From a virus (Duplodnaviria > Caudoviricetes), in the IMG/VR virus record IMGVR_UViG_3300005764_000074, positions 1 to 26,133 of that record: 26,133 nucleotides of DNA; one strand, 5' to 3'. The position numbers and the translations under genes were made by a program. Below are positions 18,315 through 25,513 of this stretch, piece after piece. The stretch's first letter is position 1. Every line of letters begins with the position of its first letter. The notes under the pieces were generated by a model, which was not told the DNA's origin, made no database searches, and was given only the letters and a program-made list of their open reading frames with translations.

Positions 18315-18401
18315 CCCAAGGGACGCCCCAAGGGCGGCCGTGCGCCGTCGATGAACCGTGCCCGCCGCACCACTCATCCCCCGGGACAAGGAGTACCACC
18401 G

Positions 18402-21188
18402 ATGCAATGTCCCGCTTGCGGGGCTCAGCTCGCCGAAGCTCATATCGAGGACGGTCGCTGCCCCAACTGTGGCGCCAACGTCAAGACACCGCTGTCGGTG
18501 CCCTCCGCGCAGCCGCCCGGCGCCCCCGTCCGGCCCTTCGGCCGCAACGACATGGAGGTCACCGGTGGCGTCGCCGAACCACTGCAGGCCGGTGGCACTA
18601 GATTTCCTCCAGGAGCTGCCCCGCGGGGGCCTACAGGCAACGTCTTCAGCCGCTTCTTCCACTCCCTCGGCGGCCTGCTCGGACTGGGGGGCCACACGGC
18701 CAACGCCACCTCTAGCCGTGCCGATGCCGCTGCCGCCTGCCCCGAGTGTGGTGGCAGTATGAGGAACGGCACCTGCCAGGACTGTGGCTACAACGATGGT
18801 AATGGCGACGGTAGCGGCAGGAACGGCCGTGGCGGTGGCGGTAAGGGCGGCCGCAAGGGCAGGGGTGGCAAGGGGAGCGACTGCCCCACCTCGAACCAGG
18901 ACTGCGATGAGGAGTGCGAGGACGACCTCTACAGCGAGGAGTGCGAGGAGTGCGAGGAGGGGGTGGGGAACGCCCGCCACTGTCCTGGCTGCAACATGGT
19001 CGTGTCCCCCTCGGCTACGAAGTGCCCGCACTGCGGCGAGGCAGTCGAAAACGCGGCGCCGTTCCAGTCCCGGCATGTAGAGACGGGCCAGTTCCTTCCT
19101 ACCAAGGGCTCCTCCCCCCGGCAGACCGGCGCTGCCGCTGCCGCCGGCCACGCCGCAGGCCAGCCACAGGGAGGCACCTCCGGGCAGCCGGAGGATGTGG
19201 GGTCGATATCCAGCCCGGACGAGGCCATCGAGGAGGAGGCCGCGAAACGTGGCATGTCGGCCGACGAGCTGAAGTCGCAGCTGGGCCTGCCGACGGGCAA
19301 AGGCCCGGCGCACAACTGCTACTGGGACTGGACCCCGATCCACAACGTCTTCGTCCTCCGCTCCCCGGCCGGTGCGGCCGTCGCCAACGAGGAGGGTAAC
19401 CACTGCTACGTTGTCAACCCCTTCGTCTCCGAACAGCAGCGCCGCTACCTGTGGGTGCACGAGCCGGAGATCGCTCACGCCTGGGCCCACGGCCAGCACA
19501 CCGGGGGAGGGGCTCGCCACACCATGCCGGCGACAACGGGTAAGGACGTCGCCGGCCCCCTGGCGGCGGCCGAGAGGAAGGCGCAAAAGAAGAAGGGCAA
19601 GGGCAAGAAACCGAAGGCCGCCGAGGCTGCCACGGGGAACGCCAGGATCGCGAACCAGGACGAGGAGGACGGCGAGGAGGACGGTGAGGGGGAGGGCGAG
19701 GAGGTGACCAACGCCGATTTCCGGCAGTGGAGGAGGCAACTCGTGACTATCGCACGTCGATCAAGCATGACGGACTTCGAGGCGGAGTGGTGGTCACGGA
19801 TGCCACCTCCCGCTCTGTCCCGTCTCATCACTGCCAATTGCGGCGGCCCCGGATCGAAGGTGCCTGGCCCCTGTAAAGGAGGTGCCGTCAGCCGTGCCGC
19901 CGCGGCTGCCTCCGGTAAGGCCAACGACTACAACTCTCATGCGGACGCGGTCCAGGCCCACTCGACCGCGGCCCAGACCCACGAGGCCCACGCCAAGGCC
20001 GCCCGGGAGGCCGGCAACGAGAAGGTGGCGGCGGCACACGACAAGCTGGCGGCGGCCCACCGGGACCGGCAGAGCGAACACGCCAGGGCGGCCGAAGCGC
20101 ACGGGGGTGTCGACTTCGATCTTGGAGATCACGGCGATCATGGCGCCGGCGACCACGGCGGCGAGGGCATCGACCTGGTCAAGGACAGTGGGCACGCAGA
20201 CACGCCGCAGGGTCACGATGCGTTCTGGGCCGGCGTGAAGGCTGACTCTCCTCACCATGCGGTCGATGCCGATACTCAGCATGCCGCCGGCAAGGCGCAC
20301 TGGGCGGCGATGAAGTCCACGGACGACAAGACGGAGAAAGCTTTTCATCAGGGCGAGGCCAAGCGCTACTTCGATAGGGCCAAGCAACTGGGTGGCGGCA
20401 AGAAATCGAAGCCTACGGGCAACCGTGGGCGTGTCACCAACAGAGGAGCAGTGAGAATGTCCCGGTTCAACCGCGACACCACGATCGAGTTCCTCGTCAC
20501 CAACTGCTCCTGCTGGGAGAACTCGCGGGATCAGTTGGAGGCGATGAGCAACGGACAACTACGGTTCCTGGCCGGTATGGCCCGGAACGCCAAGGCCGAG
20601 GGCAGCAACGCCGACACGGTCGACGGTGGTCCCGGCGACCTCCGCGCCGGCGGTGTCGAGGGGGAGAACTACGACCCCTCCGAGTCCTCGAGCGACTACC
20701 AGGACGACGATGACGACTTTCCGGAGAAAGCGCAGCGCGGCGTGCCCGCCAAGCGGAACCCGGCCAGCGCCACGCCGACCGGGAACCTGTCCCTGGTGGA
20801 CATGCTGCGCCGCTCCGACCACCCGGAGGACCAGGCCGCCGTTGCCAACATCGAGTACGCCGGCCGCCTGGTGGCGGAGAAGCGGCAGGCCCTCATCCAG
20901 CGTCTCACCTCCCGTATCGAAGACCCGCGCCTGCGACGGGCCATGGTGCAGAACTACGCCGCCAAGTCCACAGACGAGCTTGAGCTATTCGCCCGCACCC
21001 TGCCGTCGGAGGCGAGCGCGGGTCGCCCGCCGCGGCCCCTCTTCAGCGGCGTCGGGGCACGGGACCCGCTCTACTTCGGCGGCTCCGGTGGTGCCATCTT
21101 CAACCGACAGACGCCGGAGGACCGCGCCGACTTCCTCGACCTGCCACGGATGGAGTACGGCAAGGAGGCTGACGCTGCCTCCGGCTGA
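18402..21188 (+). CDS. Large scaffold-like head protein with Zn ribbons, His-rich helices and a C-terminal scaffold core
   Basis: AAGGAG SD 8 nt before ATG 18402 (track start 18351). Six CxxC(G) motifs, low-complexity linkers, helical C-terminus. Lies between protease and decoration/MCP genes. Confidence 0.7.
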   Translation: MQCPACGAQLAEAHIEDGRCPNCGANVKTPLSVPSAQPPGAPVRPFGRNDMEVTGGVAEPLQAGGTRFPPGAAPRGPTGNVFSRFFHSLGGLLGLGGHTANATSSRADAAAACPECGGSMRNGTCQDCGYNDGNGDGSGRNGRGGGGKGGRKGRGGKGSDCPTSNQDCDEECEDDLYSEECEECEEGVGNARHCPGCNMVVSPSATKCPHCGEAVENAAPFQSRHVETGQFLPTKGSSPRQTGAAAAAGHAAGQPQGGTSGQPEDVGSISSPDEAIEEEAAKRGMSADELKSQLGLPTGKGPAHNCYWDWTPIHNVFVLRSPAGAAVANEEGNHCYVVNPFVSEQQRRYLWVHEPEIAHAWAHGQHTGGGARHTMPATTGKDVAGPLAAAERKAQKKKGKGKKPKAAEAATGNARIANQDEEDGEEDGEGEGEEVTNADFRQWRRQLVTIARRSSMTDFEAEWWSRMPPPALSRLITANCGGPGSKVPGPCKGGAVSRAAAAASGKANDYNSHADAVQAHSTAAQTHEAHAKAAREAGNEKVAAAHDKLAAAHRDRQSEHARAAEAHGGVDFDLGDHGDHGAGDHGGEGIDLVKDSGHADTPQGHDAFWAGVKADSPHHAVDADTQHAAGKAHWAAMKSTDDKTEKAFHQGEAKRYFDRAKQLGGGKKSKPTGNRGRVTNRGAVRMSRFNRDTTIEFLVTNCSCWENSRDQLEAMSNGQLRFLAGMARNAKAEGSNADTVDGGPGDLRAGGVEGENYDPSESSSDYQDDDDDFPEKAQRGVPAKRNPASATPTGNLSLVDMLRRSDHPEDQAAVANIEYAGRLVAEKRQALIQRLTSRIEDPRLRRAMVQNYAAKSTDELELFARTLPSEASAGRPPRPLFSGVGARDPLYFGGSGGAIFNRQTPEDRADFLDLPRMEYGKEADAASG

Positions 21189-21322
21189 GGCGGGCGTTGC
21201 TAGTACCCGCCGCGTGCGCATTGGGACGGGCTCGGCCTGCCTTCGAGTGCATGGTGTGGTTGGTCGATGCCCGTCCCTCGAACCCAACCCCCGCCTGGGA
21301 CGGGGACAATCAAGGAGACAAC

Positions 21323-21805
21323 ATGAAGGGGACTGAGATCATTGTCAGCGCCTACCCGCGCGGGGTGAGGGAGGAGTGCGTCATCTCCGGCACCCCCAAG
21401 CCCGGAACCTGCCTGGAGATCGTGCCGGCAACGCTTCCGATCAACGGCCGCTTCACCTACCGCCTGGTGACGAGGGCCAACGGTAGCAAGGGTCCGGTGG
21501 TCATCGCCGAGAAGGACCGGCTCCAGGGCAAGACCGAGCTGGACGCCTACGTCTCTGGCACGCAGGGATTCATCTACTGGCCCCAGGCCGGCGAGGAGTT
21601 CAACATGGTCATCCGGGAGACGGTGGGCACCGGCACCGCCGGCATCGTCAACATCGGCGACCTGCTGGCGATCGAGGCCGGCACCGGCGAACTGATGGCG
21701 GCCGGTGCCCTCGCCTCGGCACCGTTCCAGCTGCTGGAGCACCCGTCGGAGCCGATCAAGGCCGACACCCTGCACTGGGTGAAGTACCTCGGCAACCAGG
21801 CGTGA
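21323..21805 (+). CDS. Head decoration/cement protein (putative)
   Basis: AAGGAG SD before ATG 21323; 160-aa beta-rich protein (PKPG..L, IGDLL....GTG.L) immediately before the MCP. Confidence 0.65.
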   Translation: MKGTEIIVSAYPRGVREECVISGTPKPGTCLEIVPATLPINGRFTYRLVTRANGSKGPVVIAEKDRLQGKTELDAYVSGTQGFIYWPQAGEEFNMVIRETVGTGTAGIVNIGDLLAIEAGTGELMAAGALASAPFQLLEHPSEPIKADTLHWVKYLGNQA

Positions 21806-21818
21806 CGCCGTCCCAGGT

Positions 21819-21881
21819 CCGGAGGTACGGCCCTCCGGGCTGTGGCCCCCCGCTTCCCTACTAAGGGGCGGGGGGCCATTT
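21819..21881 (+). promoter_or_regulatory. Tandem stem-loops between decoration and MCP genes
   Basis: CCGGAGG/CCTCCGG (21819-21838) and TGGCCCCCCGC/GCGGGGGGCCA (21843-21878, 11 perfect bp), followed by TTT. Confidence 0.55.
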
Positions 21882-21920
21882 CCCTCTAGAACTGCACTCC
21901 TGCTAAGGAGACCCTCACAG

Positions 21921-23162
21921 ATGTTCGTTCAGGACTACATCATCAACGGGATGGCGAGCGGCGAGGTGGCGGAGCGGATGAGTGGCGTCCGCTACGACCC
22001 CGGCCTGATGCGGCCCTACGTCGACGACCGCGGCATCCCCTGTGTGACCGTCAACACCGGCCAGGTCCGTGTGGACCCGAAGACCCGGCGCGCCGTCCCG
22101 GTCCTCGAGAAGCGACGCATCAGCGACCTGCAGGCCAACGGCATCAACGCCCCCGTCTTCAACGCCACCTCCCTGCGCAAGGAGGAGTGGATCGAGCTGG
22201 ACCGCGTCGTCCTGCGGGCGGCCCGCTTCCGCATGCGGGCCTGGGCCGACCTTGCCTCGACCAACTCCTTCGGTGGCTTCAACGCCATGGCGAAGATGAT
22301 CCTCGAATACGAGACCATGTCCGACCCCGGCGAGGCGATCGTCGATATGGACGGCCTCTCCGAGGGCCGCCGGGACGCGCCGAAGTTCCAACTCGAGGGT
22401 CTGCCGCTGCCCATCACGCACTCCGACTTCTCCTTCGCCTCCCGCCAGCTGGCCGCCTCCCGCAACTCCGGTACCCCGCTGGACACGACCATGGCGGAGG
22501 CGGCCGGCCGCCGTGTCGCCGAGACTATCGAGCGCACCCTCATCGGCGTCGACACCGGTGTCACCTACGGCGGCAACTCGACCCAGGTCGGTGGCTACGG
22601 CCGCACCTCCGCCGTCTACGGCTACACGAACTTCCCGGCCCGCCTCACGAAAACCAACGCCTACCGTCCCACCGGCACCGGCCGCAGCGGCACCGGCTGG
22701 GTCGCAGCCGACACGCTCAAGGACGTGCTGGCGATGCGCGACCAGCTCTACCTCGGCAAGTTCTACGGTCCCTTCATACTCTACCACAGCAACGACTGGG
22801 ACCAGTACATGGACAACGACTACATCCTGACCGGCGGCAACGTCGCGACGCAGACGCTGCGCGAACGCCTCCGGGCCATCGAGGGCGTCACCGACGTAAG
22901 ACGCCTCGACTTCCTCTCCTCGCGCGCGTCGGCAACCGGCGACCCCGCCAACATCCTGACGGCGTTCCCGTTCCGCCTCATCATGGTGCAGATGACCGCC
23001 GACGTCTGCCGGGCCGTTAACGGCATGGACATCACGACGGTGCAGTGGGAGACGATGGGCGGCATGCAGTTGAACTTCAAGGTGATGGCGATTCAGGTCC
23101 CCCAACTGCGCGCCGACTTCTACGGCAACTGTGGCATACTGGACTGCCAGGCTACCCTGTGA
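21921..23162 (+). CDS. Major capsid protein, HK97 fold (linocin/encapsulin-like phage MCP family)
   Basis: TAAGGAG SD. NATSLRKEEWIELDRVV, LPLPITHSDF, R.L.ASR..G.PLD, YGYTNFP, YGPFILY and FKVMAIQVPQLRAD..GNCGI. Strongly biased codon usage; expected position. Confidence 0.88.
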   Translation: MFVQDYIINGMASGEVAERMSGVRYDPGLMRPYVDDRGIPCVTVNTGQVRVDPKTRRAVPVLEKRRISDLQANGINAPVFNATSLRKEEWIELDRVVLRAARFRMRAWADLASTNSFGGFNAMAKMILEYETMSDPGEAIVDMDGLSEGRRDAPKFQLEGLPLPITHSDFSFASRQLAASRNSGTPLDTTMAEAAGRRVAETIERTLIGVDTGVTYGGNSTQVGGYGRTSAVYGYTNFPARLTKTNAYRPTGTGRSGTGWVAADTLKDVLAMRDQLYLGKFYGPFILYHSNDWDQYMDNDYILTGGNVATQTLRERLRAIEGVTDVRRLDFLSSRASATGDPANILTAFPFRLIMVQMTADVCRAVNGMDITTVQWETMGGMQLNFKVMAIQVPQLRADFYGNCGILDCQATL

Positions 23163-23193
23163 CAGGTACGGCGCTACACCGGGAGACTACCTC

Positions 23194-23568
23194 ATGGCGG
23201 CAACAACCTTCGCGGACTTGAAGGAGGCGCTGGGCGCTCTCCACTCCGCCCTGGACGCCGAGGTCCACGCCCGCATGCAGGCCCTCGAGGCCGGACGGGC
23301 CTTCGTCGGCGCCCACGACCGCTACTACGCCACGTCGGAGGGTCCTTCGCCAACGGAGGCCGCCCTGCTCGTGCAGGTACTCCGACAGACGGCCGACCGG
23401 CTGGAGCGGGTCCACGAGGAGACCCAGGCCAAGGCCCAGGTCAGGGAGAAGGAGAAGGCCAGGGAGGACAGGGAGAAGGAGAAGACCAAGGACAAGGAAG
23501 AGGAGAGGGAGGTCCACCCCGAGGCGCCGCCGCTCCCCCGGGGGCACGGCCGGGGCAGGAAAGAGTGA
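23194..23568 (+). CDS. Hypothetical protein with E/K/R-rich C-terminus
   Basis: GGGAG SD before ATG 23194; helical N-terminal half and charged tail. Confidence 0.7.
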   Translation: MAATTFADLKEALGALHSALDAEVHARMQALEAGRAFVGAHDRYYATSEGPSPTEAALLVQVLRQTADRLERVHEETQAKAQVREKEKAREDREKEKTKDKEEEREVHPEAPPLPRGHGRGRKE

Positions 23569-23600
23569 TTACCCCTCAAGAGTTCCAAGGGGACAACACC

Positions 23601-23972
23601 ATGTTCACGTTCACCCGCACCTACGTCCACACCGTCTGCGTGGTACTGCTCCTGGCCCTGGCCCCCCCTGCCTCGGCCCAGTTCCGCGGCGGCTTTCGTG
23701 GTCGCGGCCCACAGATCGACATCCGCTTCGGTAACCCCTGGGGCTTCCCCGGTTGGGGATCACCGTGGGGCTGGGGCCGGGGCTGGTCACCGGGCTTCGT
23801 CGGTCCGCAGTTCCCGACCTTCCCGCCCTGGGGATGGTCGGGGGGCTTCAACCCCTGGCAGTTTCAACAGTTCCCGCCGTGGTGGTCCCCGGGCTTCGGC
23901 CCCGGCTTCTCTCCCTTCGGCTCGCAGTTCGAGATTGATATTCGCACCGGCCGCCGCTTTCGGAGATGGTAG
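23601..23972 (+). CDS. Secreted G/P/W/F-rich low-complexity protein
   Basis: AAGGGG SD; hydrophobic signal peptide ending PASA|Q; repeated PWG/PGF units. GTG 23565 is an alternative start. Confidence 0.7.
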   Translation: MFTFTRTYVHTVCVVLLLALAPPASAQFRGGFRGRGPQIDIRFGNPWGFPGWGSPWGWGRGWSPGFVGPQFPTFPPWGWSGGFNPWQFQQFPPWWSPGFGPGFSPFGSQFEIDIRTGRRFRRW

Positions 23973-24014
23973 CCTCTCGTCGTCGTGACCTTCACTCCGT
24001 GGGAGGTACTCGCC

Positions 24015-24203
24015 ATGACCGTCTGGGTCACCATCTGGGTCGTGCTGATGATGTTCTGGTTGTTCGGCTACGGTATGTGGCACTACTCCGTCAAGACCGG
24101 CTCGGCTGCCGAGTTCGGTCTCAACTGTCTCATCCCCTGGATGGCCGTGCTGATCCTGGGCCTTGTCGTGTTCGGCGCCGTCGGCGGGGGCACCCTGCGG
24201 TGA
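24015..24203 (+). CDS. Small two-TM membrane protein (holin-like topology)
   Basis: GGGAGG SD before ATG 24015; two hydrophobic segments; stop overlaps the next start (GTGA). Confidence 0.7.
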   Translation: MTVWVTIWVVLMMFWLFGYGMWHYSVKTGSAAEFGLNCLIPWMAVLILGLVVFGAVGGGTLR

Positions 24204-25258
24204 GTGACGTTCCTACCATCACCCTGAGCGGTGCGGGCGCGACCGGCATTGTCATTGCCGAGAATCACGCTGCCCTCGTCCGCGCCCTCTCCCCCACCGT
24301 CCGCCTCGGCTGCCTGCCGCCGCGGCCCTTGATGTCCAAGTACCTCGTCTGGCTCGATGACCACTTCGAGCCGTCCCGTGCCCCGGCGCCGCCCGCCTCG
24401 ACGAACTGGCGGGAGGCCGCAGCCGTCCCGCTCGCTCGCATGTACTGCAACGACCGCCTCGGGTGCTGCGTCATGAGTGGCAAGGCGCACAACCTCGGGG
24501 TGTGGAGCGCCAACGACCCGGACAGCGGGGGCACTGTCGAGTGTACCGACCAGGAGATCGAGTCCCAGTACGGCTCCGTCTGCGGCCCCGGCGACCGCGG
24601 CTGTGTCATCACGGACGTGCTCGGCTGGATGGTCCGCACCGGCATGCAGGCCGGCGGCCAGCGCTACAAGCTCGATGGCTACGCGGCTGTTGACCACACC
24701 AACGAGCTGCTCATCAAGACGTTGCAAGCCATCGGCGGGGCCGCCACGATAGGGATAAACTTCCCCGCGGCCTGGCAGTCCTCCGATGTCTGGGACGTGA
24801 CGAGTAGCAAAATTGTCGGAGGCCATGACGTTTCGGCCCTGGACTTCGACGAGACCGGCGTCTACGTCTCCTCGTGGGGCCGCATCTACCGGATGACCTG
24901 GCCGGCCTTCACCTCCTCGAGGTGGGTGCGAGAGTACTACTACCTCCTCTCCCCCCTGTGGTACGGCCCCGACGAGATGGCCCCGAGCGGGTTCAATGCG
25001 GCTCAACTGAAGCAGGCCCTACAGGTCTTCAAGTCCGGTGGCATCCCCGACTACCCGCCCCCGGACGGCCCACCGCCGCTGCCCGACGTAGAATTCCAGA
25101 AGCTATACGACGTCGACTTCACGGCGATGGGCGGCCGCAAGCGCGGGCAGTGGTGGCAGAGTCAGGCCAAGGCCGACATTCCCGCCGGCAAGTGCTCGCT
25201 CGTCTACCCGGCGTTGCCCGACGCCGTGTCCGTCGCCCTGCCACGGGAGGCACCGTGA
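24200..25258 (+). CDS. Papain-like cysteine peptidase family protein
   Basis: GTG at 24200 coupled to the upstream stop. NDRLGCC (catalytic Cys region), DRGC, GGHDV (His) and SSWG follow papain-fold motif order. Confidence 0.7.
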   Translation: MSDVPTITLSGAGATGIVIAENHAALVRALSPTVRLGCLPPRPLMSKYLVWLDDHFEPSRAPAPPASTNWREAAAVPLARMYCNDRLGCCVMSGKAHNLGVWSANDPDSGGTVECTDQEIESQYGSVCGPGDRGCVITDVLGWMVRTGMQAGGQRYKLDGYAAVDHTNELLIKTLQAIGGAATIGINFPAAWQSSDVWDVTSSKIVGGHDVSALDFDETGVYVSSWGRIYRMTWPAFTSSRWVREYYYLLSPLWYGPDEMAPSGFNAAQLKQALQVFKSGGIPDYPPPDGPPPLPDVEFQKLYDVDFTAMGGRKRGQWWQSQAKADIPAGKCSLVYPALPDAVSVALPREAP

Positions 25259-25464
25259 ACCAATGCCGTCGTAACTGGTTCCGGGAGGCGCTCGTGGCCC
25301 TGGCTGCCCTCGTTGGCCTGGGCCCCCGTGCTGCCCGAGGGGCCGGCTACCACCCGACCCACAACTGCCCGCGCTGTGGCCGCCTGCAGCTAGTCGTCTA
25401 CTGTCGCGGCCCTGGCCGCTATCACACGCACCGTTGCGGCACAACGACCTACTGGTACCACTGA
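25255..25464 (+). CDS. Small protein with twin-arginine-like signal and Cys/His-rich mature part
   Basis: GGAGG SD and GTGA overlap; MNQCRRNWF + hydrophobic stretch + AARG; then H..H.CPRC...HTHRC...WYH. Confidence 0.65.
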   Translation: MNQCRRNWFREALVALAALVGLGPRAARGAGYHPTHNCPRCGRLQLVVYCRGPGRYHTHRCGTTTYWYH

Positions 25465-25513
25465 TCTCCTGGTTGACCTACTGGTATCATTAACCCTCAC
25501 CCAAGGAGGCGCC

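Noticed and set aside
19305-19325. Intein C-terminal junction (AHN|C), and inteins as the explanation of the Asn motifs
   Set aside because: No Hint domain blocks or N-terminal C/S splice motif; most Asn motifs lack the penultimate His and the +1 C/S/T.
21921-23162. Encapsulin nanocompartment operon
   Set aside because: The shell protein is linocin/encapsulin-like, but terminase, portal, MuF, protease and scaffold genes show it is a phage capsid.
25473-25490. Sigma70 promoter TTGACC...TATCAT
   Set aside because: The spacer is only 6 nt, incompatible with a -35/-10 pair.
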